From a virus (Duplodnaviria; Caudoviricetes), in the IMG/VR virus record IMGVR_UViG_3300017774_001580, positions 1 to 60,674 of that record: a DNA stretch of 60,674 nucleotides. One strand, written 5' to 3'. Positions 48,176-57,874 of this stretch are shown piece by piece. Made by a program: the position numbers and the translations under genes. How positions within the stretch are numbered: the first letter of the stretch is position 1; each line of letters opens with the position of its first letter. Below the pieces are notes generated by a model, which saw only the letters and a program-made list of their open reading frames with translations, made no database searches and was not told the origin of the DNA.

Positions 48176-50418
48176 TTCATTATTTGACTTGTTAATCCAT
48201 CGTTTGTATATCTAGCAAAGTTAATAATTATTTTTGATTCTTTCTTCTCTGGCATATAAAGGTGTTTCTGATTTGCCATAATTGCTAATCCTGAGCTGAT
48301 TGCAGCGTCATATTTAGTCCTGTCGTTTATATCAAACTTTGCCCAATCTTCAAGTGTTTTTGTAAATGGCATATTACCAATTATGTCAGGCTCTCTATAT
48401 GCACCGCTATAATCAAACCCTATAAACTTCTCGATGTATGACTCGATTGCAGAGGCGTGAGACTGCTTGACATCCTCAGATGAGTTAGGTATACCACCTA
48501 GCTCTCGCTCTGTCTTTGTCAATTTGTTAAACTGCTTATCTGGTCTGTTCATACAAAATCCTCTGTATCCTCTGTTTTTAAAATGGTACAATAACCTTGG
48601 TTTATTATTCTCTATAAGTATTGGCATTCCGTAGTAAACGCAAGCCATAAGTACTTCCTCAAAAAATATCTCTGCTGTTTGTGGTCTTGCTATATATTCC
48701 AAAAAGAACTCATTCACCGGAGCGTCATCCATGTGGAACTTTGTCATCCCATGCAGTGATCCACATGACCCTCTTCCTCCAACAACTGCTGAGATATCAT
48801 ATGGGTCACATCCAAACGATCCTAAATGCTCATTACCTGGATGCATGATTCCATTCCTTGTATGTATATTGTTCGCATAATGTGCAGGAGGAAACCAGCT
48901 AATTAAAAATCTTCCATTTTTATTTGGAGTCCATACAACCTTTGTGTCTTTAATTCCGTCTTTCCAAGAGAACGAGCCTCTTGTCATGTACTGCTCTTTG
49001 ATTAACGAGTCATTGTAATCAATTTGCTGATATATTTTAGTCAGGTTAAATATCGCCTGTTTGCTCTCATCTCTAAATGCGTGGGACTCTGACCTTGGAA
49101 ACTGACGATAGAACTCATTCAATGCATCGGCATCATTCTTTAATGACGCTGCCTCATTCTCCCAGTAGTCAATCGCTCCATTTGATATCTTGCCCTTATC
49201 GACTCCCTCTATTGGCTTCTCAGGCTTCCTGAACACAGGCATACCGTACTTGTCAATAAAGCCCTCCATATTCCACTCCATTGGGATGAATAAGGAGTAT
49301 AGTCCACTCTTTGTCTGACCATTGGCATTTCTGTTCTCTACATTTGAGTCATAGTATAAAGACTTGAAGTTGTCACCACCCTTATTCAAGGCATTTGAGG
49401 TAGACCCCATCATACACTTGCCTATAACCTTGCTACCCAAACGCAAACAAGTTTTTGTTACGCGCCAATTGTTTAGGATGTTATTTGGCTTTACCCATTT
49501 GCCTGACTCGTCATGAGCCAGGAACAATAGCTTCTCACCGTCATATGAGTTCTCCTCAGTATTCTTCCAGTCAATAGTAGTATCCAATCCGACTATGTCA
49601 TTTTTATTGACCTCGTGCATATTCTTCTTGGTAATCTTCGATGCTGGAACGCGGAACGCCAACTCTACCTTTGGCTTGTCCATACCATCCATTATTGGCT
49701 TGAAGAAGAACGGCAGCTTATTGTTGATCGGGACCACCTTGTCGGTAAACATCTTCTTGGCATCAGCACCGGTCTTTGACAAGATGCCTAGTCGCGCGTC
49801 CTTTACTAATGTTGCGAGATTTACGCACTCGGAGGATGACATGAATGAGAAACCTGAGCGTCTTATCTTGAGGTATATCATTCCAAAGCATCTTGGGTCC
49901 GCTTTGCAAGCCTCCCAAAATAGAAAGAAGATTCTATTCGCTTCTCGGAAGTCAGGATACCCTACGTCAATGCTTGACCATTGTAGGTACATATAATGAG
50001 ACCCTGTGATATAGTTAGGGGTGCCATTATTCATGAACCAATAGCCTTGCTCGCGATAATCGAACTCGGTCTCTATATAGTCAACCCATTTATTTTTGAA
50101 CTCGTTTGGCTTGTCATTCCATTGGAAGATTGAGTTTATCTTCTCAAGTTCTTTTGGTATCGGATTTCGGTCCCAGTATTGCTCTGCTTTTGAATCGCTC
50201 CTTTTGTAGCAGTTCTCCGGTGCAGGAGGAAGGGCTATGTTTATCCCTGATACGTTTATAACCTCACCTATCTGCCCGCTCTTTGAGATAACAATAATGT
50301 TGTACTGCTCATTGTAACCGTACAGCCAAGAGCGAACTCTGTTTTTATTAGTAATCGCATTTAAAGGAATTAAATCCTTCACGACATAATAAAGTCTATT
50401 TTGATCGTCTTTCTGCAA
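48172..50418 (-). CDS. terL: Terminase large subunit
   Basis: KIRRSGFS (Walker A variant), LAHDESGKW (Walker B), MGST, GCDPYD nuclease motif. Confidence 0.88.
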   Translation of the reverse strand: MQKDDQNRLYYVVKDLIPLNAITNKNRVRSWLYGYNEQYNIIVISKSGQIGEVINVSGINIALPPAPENCYKRSDSKAEQYWDRNPIPKELEKINSIFQWNDKPNEFKNKWVDYIETEFDYREQGYWFMNNGTPNYITGSHYMYLQWSSIDVGYPDFREANRIFFLFWEACKADPRCFGMIYLKIRRSGFSFMSSSECVNLATLVKDARLGILSKTGADAKKMFTDKVVPINNKLPFFFKPIMDGMDKPKVELAFRVPASKITKKNMHEVNKNDIVGLDTTIDWKNTEENSYDGEKLLFLAHDESGKWVKPNNILNNWRVTKTCLRLGSKVIGKCMMGSTSNALNKGGDNFKSLYYDSNVENRNANGQTKSGLYSLFIPMEWNMEGFIDKYGMPVFRKPEKPIEGVDKGKISNGAIDYWENEAASLKNDADALNEFYRQFPRSESHAFRDESKQAIFNLTKIYQQIDYNDSLIKEQYMTRGSFSWKDGIKDTKVVWTPNKNGRFLISWFPPAHYANNIHTRNGIMHPGNEHLGSFGCDPYDISAVVGGRGSCGSLHGMTKFHMDDAPVNEFFLEYIARPQTAEIFFEEVLMACVYYGMPILIENNKPRLLYHFKNRGYRGFCMNRPDKQFNKLTKTERELGGIPNSSEDVKQSHASAIESYIEKFIGFDYSGAYREPDIIGNMPFTKTLEDWAKFDINDRTKYDAAISSGLAIMANQKHLYMPEKKESKIIINFARYTNDGLTSQIMK

Positions 50419-50674
50419 AACCTTGTTTTGAGTCTACTTTACTAATACCTCTCTCTATGTAATCAAGAGATTCTTTCTCGGATTCTATTCTACTGAGTAT
50501 TTCAAATGCGTCAAATATTGCCAACTTCTTGGATGCTGCTGCATTCTTTAACTTATCTGCTGATATATCGCCCTCTTCCTGAGTGATGATACTCTCCTCT
50601 GCAACCTTTATCAATTCCTCTATGGCCTTGTATCCAGAGTTTATTATTTTAAGCTTTAGCTCTCTGTTGCTCAT
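50396..50674 (-). CDS. Small helical protein, candidate terminase small subunit
   Basis: 92 aa overlapping the TerL start. Confidence 0.45.
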   Translation of the reverse strand: MSNRELKLKIINSGYKAIEELIKVAEESIITQEEGDISADKLKNAAASKKLAIFDAFEILSRIESEKESLDYIERGISKVDSKQGFAERRSK

Positions 50675-51243
50675 ACCGGATCTAGTTTCATTGTCACAAA
50701 ATGGTCATACATCCTATATAGCTTTTCACCATCAATTTCAAATTCGTACTCCCCATTAGGAGCGAAGCAGATAACGTCACCTTCGTTAACGCCCTTACTT
50801 CTTAGATATTCATTAGGGTATTTCATTGTACCCATTAAAGGCTCAAGTGTGAACGGTTTTTTTATGTAGCTTTCCTCAGCAGGGATAGGCTTTACGAAAC
50901 AATACCTATCATATGCTTGCCACTTGCCGTCACTCTTATACAAATAAAACTGCTCATCATCAATAAAGAACAGGTCCTCCTTGAAAAAGCTCTTACCGCT
51001 TTTGCGTCTTCCCTTAATGTCGTTGTAAAACTTAAAGACATTATGGTGGACGATTAAGGTGTCCCCTGGTCTTATTGGACCGCTGTAATCTATAGGTGTC
51101 TCTATAACCTCAGCATAACGATTTGAGAACTTAAACTCCTCCTCAGAGGTGTTTATAATGAACTCAACACCGGCTATGCTTTTTGTGTTGTTATATCGAC
51201 TCCCATTTACAGGCTTTACTATAAACTGAGTCGGTGATTTCAT
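50671..51243 (-). CDS. GroES-like protein with two tandem GroES-type units
   Basis: FIVKP...AEVI..P...I.PGDTLIV and CFVKP...G.MKYPN...GV.EGDVICF..YEFEIDGEKLYRM. Confidence 0.55.
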   Translation of the reverse strand: MKSPTQFIVKPVNGSRYNNTKSIAGVEFIINTSEEEFKFSNRYAEVIETPIDYSGPIRPGDTLIVHHNVFKFYNDIKGRRKSGKSFFKEDLFFIDDEQFYLYKSDGKWQAYDRYCFVKPIPAEESYIKKPFTLEPLMGTMKYPNEYLRSKGVNEGDVICFAPNGEYEFEIDGEKLYRMYDHFVTMKLDPV

Positions 51244-51464
51244 TAAAAATCTATATTAAATTCGATTGAAATTGGAATAGTATCATTAAATTCTTTCCAC
51301 AGGACTATTTCCTGTTTCTTATTTATTATGTAGATTCGGATAGATCCTGATTTGTCAATTTTTATAAGATGAATCTCATTGGTGTCACCTAGGACTTTCT
51401 GCCCGACAACATAATGCATTGCGTTCTTATAATCAGAACCTATCGATATCTTCCTTACATCCAT
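51243..51464 (-). CDS. Conserved hypothetical protein
   Basis: RKISIG.DYKNAMHY.VGQ. Confidence 0.7.
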   Translation of the reverse strand: MDVRKISIGSDYKNAMHYVVGQKVLGDTNEIHLIKIDKSGSIRIYIINKKQEIVLWKEFNDTIPISIEFNIDF

Positions 51465-52603
51465 TACGATATTTTATTAACCGTCAATATTACTGATGGT
51501 ATAGCAGGTATACCAACTACAGGAGATGCATCATAATGCAATTCTCCATTGGCATTGTTTGTGTACCAACCTATTTGGCAATTTGATGGCAATGAAGGGA
51601 TATAAATAAACCAATTCCATGCAGCAACAGTAAGGTCTCCATTATTCTCAAGCGTTACTGCTGTAGCTGAGTTTGGAACAGCAGTGCCATCCTTTATAAG
51701 ATAAATGTAGAAAATGGTAGCTCCTCCACCACCTGTCTTTTTAAGCTGTGCTGAGAATTGTATATTATAAACACCTGAAGCTGAAAATGTTATTTTAGTA
51801 GGATTCCCAAATGCATCATTTGCTATTGTTATTCCACTCACAATATCATTTGACCCGAAGTTCATTACCTCCAATGTACTACCTGTTGTTGTCTGAGTAA
51901 CAACATCATAGAATGAACCATAAGTAGGAACTAAATAAGCTGGTGTTACCCAAGTTGCAGGAAGTGCTGCTCCTTGACTTGTCAATATCTGACCTGCTGT
52001 GCCTGTACTAGCATTGACGTAGATAGCTTTACTTATCTCTACTCTGCTGTTTGCATCGTCAACTTTTATATAGGTGCCGTTAACAGCACTGCCCCAATCC
52101 CCAAGAAAATACCTGTTATTGACAAAGTCAACCAAGAATCCTGATATAGTAAATCCATTGTTACCTATTTGGAAAAAGTCTTGAGCGCCAGGGAAACATG
52201 AGATGCCTATCATCTCTGCGTCATCTGTTGTAATCCGTAATGATGTTGCTGTTAGTCTATGAATTCCCAAATTAACATTACCGGTTGCTCCAGTGTATGG
52301 GACATATGTTGTTGCGGCAGTAGATACAGGCAAATAAACAGTATTGTCAAGTGACCCATCCGCTTTTAAGAAGTCAGTCCCTAGTCCACCAGGAACTATA
52401 AATGCAAATGCTGTGATGTCATTAGCTCCCAAATCAACATTAAATAAGGCTCCTGTATAAGGTACATATGCTGTTGATCCAGGGAGGGATAACAAACTTC
52501 CTATAGTGAAATTCTTAGTGCTGTTCATGTCATTTACATCAGTGCCAATGAGCATATCACCAAGAGCCGGTGCTGTAGTAGCGTATGTACTTATCTTTGC
52601 CAT
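51464..52603 (-). CDS. Tail fibre / spike-like protein with C1q-like C-terminal domain
   Basis: YVPYTGA..NV.LG repeat twice, G.AGQILTSQG, YGSFYD...GVYNIQFSAQL...IPSVILTV. Confidence 0.65.
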   Translation of the reverse strand: MAKISTYATTAPALGDMLIGTDVNDMNSTKNFTIGSLLSLPGSTAYVPYTGALFNVDLGANDITAFAFIVPGGLGTDFLKADGSLDNTVYLPVSTAATTYVPYTGATGNVNLGIHRLTATSLRITTDDAEMIGISCFPGAQDFFQIGNNGFTISGFLVDFVNNRYFLGDWGSAVNGTYIKVDDANSRVEISKAIYVNASTGTAGQILTSQGAALPATWVTPAYLVPTYGSFYDVVTQTTTGSTLEVMNFGSNDIVSGITIANDAFGNPTKITFSASGVYNIQFSAQLKKTGGGGATIFYIYLIKDGTAVPNSATAVTLENNGDLTVAAWNWFIYIPSLPSNCQIGWYTNNANGELHYDASPVVGIPAIPSVILTVNKIS

Positions 52604-52606
52604 TAT

Positions 52607-52840
52607 TTATGTTTTTTGGGTGACCTCGCCTGTTTGTAGATTTATAACAGAGTCTTGGCCATATTTTGAAATTAGTATCCTTTCATATTCTGAGAACTCT
52701 TGACGCATAGCGTTAATCTGACCTAAGATGCCTTGCTTGGTTAGCTCTAATTCTCCTAATGCCATCTTTGCTTTAGCAAATTCATTATTCATTGCTTGAA
52801 TCTTATCAAGATCTTCTTTTAAAACGTAATTCTTTTCCAT
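52607..52840 (-). CDS. Small coiled-coil protein
   Basis: 77 aa ending KYG...INLQTGEV. Confidence 0.7.
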   Translation of the reverse strand: MEKNYVLKEDLDKIQAMNNEFAKAKMALGELELTKQGILGQINAMRQEFSEYERILISKYGQDSVINLQTGEVTQKT

Positions 52841-52845
52841 TTGAT

Positions 52846-53304
52846 TTAATTTGAATTTCTTTTAATTGAACTACCAAAATAATAACCGAATATTGAAATT
52901 ACAATACCCTCAGTGATACCGATAAGATGAATCCACACTTCTTTGTTATCTATTGGTATTGTAAGGTAAACGATTGCATAAATCATAAAACAAAATGCTG
53001 CTAATCCTACCAATCCTGTAAGATAGAACAAAAAATCAAATTTTTGTAATTTTGCTATCTCTACTTCTCTACCTCTTGCCGACTCTCTGTCTTTTACCAT
53101 TAGTTGCTCCATTTCAACAAGATCCTTTGCTAGGATTTCTTTGTCCTCATTACTTAAATCATCGGATAGGTTTATTAGATTTTTTACAATCCCTAATGTC
53201 CCATTACTTGGAAGAACATCACCTATGGTTTGAAGGATTTTTGGGGCTTTTTCTGCAAGAAATTTCCCTACTTTTGTGTCTTTAAATTTTTTTCTAGGCT
53301 TCAT
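52846..53304 (-). CDS. Holin-like membrane protein
   Basis: DRESARGRE followed by two TM helices and YYFGSS; in the lysis cluster. Confidence 0.65.
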   Translation of the reverse strand: MKPRKKFKDTKVGKFLAEKAPKILQTIGDVLPSNGTLGIVKNLINLSDDLSNEDKEILAKDLVEMEQLMVKDRESARGREVEIAKLQKFDFLFYLTGLVGLAAFCFMIYAIVYLTIPIDNKEVWIHLIGITEGIVISIFGYYFGSSIKRNSN

Positions 53305-53305
53305 A

Positions 53306-53611
53306 TTAGTGATTTTTTTCCATTCTTTCAACAATATTTAAAAGCTTTTTCATCATTGATGTGTTATTCTCTATGACGTTATTGTTTGATGATACTGTTT
53401 CTAAAAGTTTAGAACGGTCTTCTACCAAATAATTTTCAAGTCTTTTTTCAAGGTCCTGGATTCTTGCTTCATTCTTCTTATGCCATACGAAGAATTGCTT
53501 TCCCATAAAATAAATGACTGCAATCATTAGAATGGCAAAAATGCCTAATACCCCATAATTTGCGAGTGAGTTTAAATATGAGGGGAGTGGTTCGGTTTGG
53601 AGAAAAAGCAT
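53306..53611 (-). CDS. Holin-like protein (single TM plus coiled coil)
   Basis: YGVLGIFAILMIAVIYF TM followed by coiled coil; near the endolysin. Confidence 0.55.
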   Translation of the reverse strand: MLFLQTEPLPSYLNSLANYGVLGIFAILMIAVIYFMGKQFFVWHKKNEARIQDLEKRLENYLVEDRSKLLETVSSNNNVIENNTSMMKKLLNIVERMEKNH

Positions 53612-53616
53612 GGGTT

Positions 53617-53811
53617 TTATATTTTATATTCAATAATTGGTAGATATTTTACCCACCAGCAATCGATATTGGTGTTGTCATATATCTGATGCAAAGGTAA
53701 TACCCAAACTCCATTTACATCTAATATTGGGGTAAATATTTTTTCATCTTTATAATGTTTTTTAGACAAAAAGTCTTTTTCCTCTTCATCTAGTAAACCG
53801 CCTAATATCAT
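53617..53811 (-). CDS. Small protein, paralog of 54434-54655
   Basis: Shared GLL...F.PI.D.N..W...D..WVK.LP.IEY. Confidence 0.7.
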   Translation of the reverse strand: MILGGLLDEEEKDFLSKKHYKDEKIFTPILDVNGVWVLPLHQIYDNTNIDCWWVKYLPIIEYKI

Positions 53812-54434
53812 AGCTCTATAAGGGTGAAGTTAATTAGTTGATTTGCTTGGAAGATTTTGATAGCTTCGAACCATCGAGCATCGGGAACAACCATGCACCC
53901 TGCTGACCAATTGTCAACAAATGAGCCGGCACCTGCACGATGAAAGTTGATGCCATACCACCCTCTTGTTTTTGTTGTCTTATCGAGCTTTCTATCTTTG
54001 TTACCATCACGATAAATCTCGATTGAGCCTGTCTGCATAAAGTAAGGAGCACCGAGCCAAAGCGATTTCCAATTTCCACTTGTTTTAAATGTATGCGAAG
54101 CGAGAACTTGCTGCTCACAAGCTACAGCTGCACCTGTAATACCACCAACTGTCAAAGGATTGAAGATGTAAAAGTCTCCAGGAGTGGTTGAACACGACAT
54201 AATCATATCAGCTATACTGTTCGAAAATCGAACAACATAGTCGGAGAACTTATTATCGAAGCTTTGATCTGTGCGAATCCACACCAAATCATTGACAGGT
54301 TTAACCCATCCACGTTTGGTCATCTCGGCATCGATGAACTGCTTTGCTCCTGCAAGGCTTAAAGGCCCGATAATGCCATCGATGGCACCTGAGTAATAGC
54401 CTTTGTCTTTGAGTATCTGCTGGAATCCTTTCAT
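53808..54434 (-). CDS. Endolysin candidate: peptidoglycan-binding N-terminus plus L,D-transpeptidase-like His/Cys domain
   Basis: QQILKDKGYYSGAIDGIIGP (PG-binding), GINFH...NWSAGC. Confidence 0.7.
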   Translation of the reverse strand: MKGFQQILKDKGYYSGAIDGIIGPLSLAGAKQFIDAEMTKRGWVKPVNDLVWIRTDQSFDNKFSDYVVRFSNSIADMIMSCSTTPGDFYIFNPLTVGGITGAAVACEQQVLASHTFKTSGNWKSLWLGAPYFMQTGSIEIYRDGNKDRKLDKTTKTRGWYGINFHRAGAGSFVDNWSAGCMVVPDARWFEAIKIFQANQLINFTLIEL

Positions 54435-54655
54435 TAGTCTACGTGCGGTGGTTCTTCTGGTTTAGGAATATATTCAATCAAGGGCAAATCCTTTACCCAT
54501 TGGAAATCAAGAGTGACGCATTGGTCAATCTCTTCAACTGAAATTATCCAATCGTTATTTATATCCTGTATTGGATTAAAGTAGCTGTCTTCATCATATA
54601 ATTGACCAACAAGCTCATTTTTTTGCGATTCTGTTAATAGTCCTACGTATGTCAT
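54434..54655 (-). CDS. Small protein coupled to the Ig-repeat gene (possible fibre chaperone)
   Basis: 73 aa, ATGA overlap with 54652-56013. Confidence 0.65.
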   Translation of the reverse strand: MTYVGLLTESQKNELVGQLYDEDSYFNPIQDINNDWIISVEEIDQCVTLDFQWVKDLPLIEYIPKPEEPPHVD

Positions 54656-56013
54656 ATTTGTCTTCCGAGTGTTGTGTTATATGCTTGCACAGCTGTGTAA
54701 AAATTGCCTATCTCTGCATCTGTTAAGCCATCACCCAATGATGCGAATGCGCATTGTTTTGTAGAGTAAAAAGCAACTGTCCCATTTCTATTAATAGCTC
54801 CTAAATAAACACTTGCAGTTGAAGGAGTTGCTGATGCTGTTGTGCCTGTTGCAAGTTTTAAATTATTACGCCATCCGTTTACAACATTTGATGCTGTTCT
54901 ATTACCAACATAAAATGCTTTCGAATCAGTATCAGTATGTGTTATGTATGTACTTGTTGAGTTTATATTGTAATAAGTTAAATTTCCTGTTCTAATTTCT
55001 AAGACTAATTTATTGTCAAAAGAATTACCCCCATTTGCTGCACCAATTTCAACTTCTGTTAAGTTGCTATTTGTTCTGCTGTAATATGAAATGTGAGTGT
55101 TATTTTGAGTTAAAATTGTATTTGGAACTAAAAAAGAATTAGCAAAAGCATTAACGCCATTAGGAGTAGCACCATTTATTGTGTGAACCCATCCACCGCT
55201 GAACACTAAGCGAAACGCTGCGTTAGTGTCTTGTGGGTCTTTCAAATTCCATTTGTGTAGAGCGGCCGTACCACCTATCATTGGGTATATGGCTTTCATC
55301 TTAGTCCAAATGCTTGCTGCTTTCAAATTAACTACAAGCTGATTGATAGCTGATTGATTAGTTGCTCCAGTTAGACCTGATGCTGTAAAGAAAGCACTTG
55401 CATCAGCATCTATTATTGTCAATGCATTGCTTGTTGCTTCCGCTGAGCCTACTACATTTGTTCCAGTTACAGCGCAGGTTATTGCGAATGTTGCATCTGC
55501 TTGAACAAGGGTATATGTTGATGATGTAGCACTTGCTATATTGCTCCCATTTCTCTTCCACTGATAGGTATATGTAGGAGTAGGATTACCGGTCCAAGTT
55601 CCTGTAGTACTTGATAGCGTTTGACCCACAGTAGGAGTGCCTGAGATTACAGGAGCTACGGTATTAACAGGAGCAACACCGGTCCCTGTTATTGAATTAC
55701 TGGTAGCGCTTGCAGATCCGAATGCATTTGTTGCTGTTACTACGCAGGTTATTGCTACATTATAATCAGCTACTACAAGGACATAGGTTGAATTAGTTTC
55801 TCCTACGATGTCAACTCCTGATCTTTTCCATTGATAGCCATATGTTATTGTAGGTGTTCCTGTCCATATGCCGGTGGTACTGGATAGGGTAGAGCCAATT
55901 GCACTGCTGCCAGAGATGACAGGAGCTACGGTATTAGACGGAGGAATTGCTCCTCCGCCTCCTGCGTTCCTTGTCTTTGACATTATTGTATTTGTTATTG
56001 TTACTGTTAGCAT
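54652..56013 (-). CDS. Virion protein with two Ig-like repeats and C-terminal beta domain
   Basis: Two units of NTVAPVISG...TLSSTTG.WTG...YQWKR.G...STY.LV.AD...ITC.VT.TN. Confidence 0.7.
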   Translation of the reverse strand: MLTVTITNTIMSKTRNAGGGGAIPPSNTVAPVISGSSAIGSTLSSTTGIWTGTPTITYGYQWKRSGVDIVGETNSTYVLVVADYNVAITCVVTATNAFGSASATSNSITGTGVAPVNTVAPVISGTPTVGQTLSSTTGTWTGNPTPTYTYQWKRNGSNIASATSSTYTLVQADATFAITCAVTGTNVVGSAEATSNALTIIDADASAFFTASGLTGATNQSAINQLVVNLKAASIWTKMKAIYPMIGGTAALHKWNLKDPQDTNAAFRLVFSGGWVHTINGATPNGVNAFANSFLVPNTILTQNNTHISYYSRTNSNLTEVEIGAANGGNSFDNKLVLEIRTGNLTYYNINSTSTYITHTDTDSKAFYVGNRTASNVVNGWRNNLKLATGTTASATPSTASVYLGAINRNGTVAFYSTKQCAFASLGDGLTDAEIGNFYTAVQAYNTTLGRQI

Positions 56014-56014
56014 T

Positions 56015-56503
56015 TTACCAAAGGGCTAATATGTCAGCAGATGCACCTATGTTCCATACCTTTACAACTTGTACCGGCAAGAATGAGCCATTCTGCACAT
56101 CTACAAATGTCACTATGTCATTACCTGCTGTAGTAACTTTTACATCACCACCTGTTCCTACATAAAGCACACAGCCTGTATTTTGACCACCGGCCATTGG
56201 GCTTGACTGATAGATAATATAATCTTGTGGGAAAGCTGTAAATATATTAGCGTTAAGCGTTAATATTGTTGGTGTAGCCGGAGATACATTTATAATTGTA
56301 GCAGAAGTTCCTGTTGCTGTATTATAGACAATATTGCCAGGATATATTTGAAGAGCAGGGAAATTTTTACCCGCATCGATCAATTGACTGGCTCCATTCG
56401 CTGTTGTTGTCCCTGACGTAGCTACTGCCGGATATGGGATGTCAGCGTTATCTGATTTATATACCTCAAGCGCTCTACTTGGTTGGATTCTTACGTTTGC
56501 CAT
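56015..56503 (-). CDS. Virion-associated protein
   Basis: LYVGTGGDVKV...G.FLPVQV..V......ILALW C-terminus; internal module shared with 41270-42232. Confidence 0.6.
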   Translation of the reverse strand: MANVRIQPSRALEVYKSDNADIPYPAVATSGTTTANGASQLIDAGKNFPALQIYPGNIVYNTATGTSATIINVSPATPTILTLNANIFTAFPQDYIIYQSSPMAGGQNTGCVLYVGTGGDVKVTTAGNDIVTFVDVQNGSFLPVQVVKVWNIGASADILALW

Positions 56504-56676
56504 TATTTTTTATTATTATATGGGAATAATCTATTCAATGAGTCTCTTCTTTCTTCACAGCCACAGTCTTGCCCTGTAGCTTTTGATACTACCTCGACAA
56601 TTTTCTTTATGCCTGTAGCTTTGGTGATCTTCTCAATGGTATCACCTATACCTCTACTTTTTGTCATTATGCTCAT
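56503..56676 (-). CDS. 57-aa protein (SRGIGDTIEKITKATGIK...DCGCEERRDSLN)
   Basis: Manual translation; stop overlaps next start. Confidence 0.7.
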   Translation of the reverse strand: MSIMTKSRGIGDTIEKITKATGIKKIVEVVSKATGQDCGCEERRDSLNRLFPYNNKK

Positions 56677-56678
56677 AG

Positions 56679-57017
56679 TTATACTTTTTTTACTCTGTTA
56701 CCCATACCCACAATTGACTTCTCTCTTTTCTTACTCTCTAGTTTTGCAGGGCTAATTTCGCTCTTCGTTTTTGGAGTCTGCGCAGATACTCTATTTGTTG
56801 GTCTGCAATACTCGTTTTTCCCTCCTGCCCCACAAGGCTTATTTGTTTTTGTGTCAACCCAGTTCTCTTTCTCCCATCTCTTTAGGCTTGTACCCTTCTC
56901 TGACTTCACAACATTGCCAGATCCCTTGCGGCACTTAGCTATAGCCTGTGACGCTCTTGCCGATGGGAACACATCGTATTGTGCTTTGACTTTTTTATAA
57001 CAAGCATCTTTTGGCAT
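56679..57017 (-). CDS. Small basic Cys-containing protein
   Basis: DACY.KVK..Y...PSA.AS..IAKCRK, LKRW.KE.WVD, YCRP. Confidence 0.75.
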   Translation of the reverse strand: MPKDACYKKVKAQYDVFPSARASQAIAKCRKGSGNVVKSEKGTSLKRWEKENWVDTKTNKPCGAGGKNEYCRPTNRVSAQTPKTKSEISPAKLESKKREKSIVGMGNRVKKV

Positions 57018-57018
57018 A

Positions 57019-57153
57019 TTATTTCTTCTTCTTAGGCTTGTTTATTAAAATATCTTTTTTCGCATCACTTACGTTTCCTTTCAAAAACTTCATTGGCCCG
57101 TCTAAAGATTTTTTAGATTCAAACTTAGCTGCTTTTTTCACTATCTTTTTCAT
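57019..57153 (-). CDS. 44-aa Lys-rich peptide (MKKIVKKAAKFESKK...)
   Basis: Manual translation; fills the gap exactly. Confidence 0.6.
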   Translation of the reverse strand: MKKIVKKAAKFESKKSLDGPMKFLKGNVSDAKKDILINKPKKKK

Positions 57154-57443
57154 TAGTACTTACCTTGTCTACCTTTAGGATTACTTGTTGTGCTACCACC
57201 AGGGCCTGCCCATAGTTTTTTACAGGACCAATACCTTGGCGTTAGCTTATCGTCTGCTGTGTCGCATTTATGCCTTGCCTTAAAGCTTTTCCTAGCCGCC
57301 TCGGAGTAGTTGTTACCATAACCCTTGGCACCGAAGTGCAAAAGCTTCTCTTGCCCACCGGAGCAAGCCTTAACCATCATCTTTTTACCTGGTCGGTCTG
57401 ATGATTTAGGGCTATTGCATTTCATTGTCGCTTTATTTGCCAT
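57153..57443 (-). CDS. Small basic protein
   Basis: KKMMVKAC, HFGAKG, ARKSFKARHKC, RYWSC. Confidence 0.75.
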   Translation of the reverse strand: MANKATMKCNSPKSSDRPGKKMMVKACSGGQEKLLHFGAKGYGNNYSEAARKSFKARHKCDTADDKLTPRYWSCKKLWAGPGGSTTSNPKGRQGKY

Positions 57444-57600
57444 ACTTGCTTCTATAGTCTCTTGATTGTAGTCCTACTTTATGAGGGTGTACCTCTTCTT
57501 GCTTGATCTCCTCTACCTTTTCCTCTTGTACCTCTTCAGATACCACAGGTTGCACGATTACTTCATCCTTTGCGACCTCTTTTTTCTTTGACTTAGGCAT
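57433..57600 (-). CDS. 55-aa charged peptide (MPKSKKKEVAKDEV...)
   Basis: Manual translation. Confidence 0.55.
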   Translation of the reverse strand: MPKSKKKEVAKDEVIVQPVVSEEVQEEKVEEIKQEEVHPHKVGLQSRDYRSKYGK

Positions 57601-57603
57601 AAT

Positions 57604-57873
57604 TTACTTTTTTAAGGTTGCTCTATTTGTTAATGAGTTGTATTTGTAGTCTGATTTTGGTTTTCCTGACGCTTTTGCTGCTCTATCTACCGCTCTTTCG
57701 CCTGCGGTCATCGCATTTCGCTGCATCCCTTTCGCTGTGAGTGTCTTACCGTCAGGTTTCATGTCACCACGCTTGATTAAAATTGCTTTTGCTCGGCCTA
57801 TGGAACCAACCTGTGCTGAAAGCCTTTCCACAAGTTGGTTTTTACCCATAAACTTTTGAGTTTCTAGCTTCAT
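57604..57873 (-). CDS. Small basic protein (89 aa, MKLETQKFMG...)
   Basis: Start reassigned to ATG 57873 so that the upstream ORF fits. Confidence 0.7.
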   Translation of the reverse strand: MKLETQKFMGKNQLVERLSAQVGSIGRAKAILIKRGDMKPDGKTLTAKGMQRNAMTAGERAVDRAAKASGKPKSDYKYNSLTNRATLKK

Positions 57874-57874
57874 T

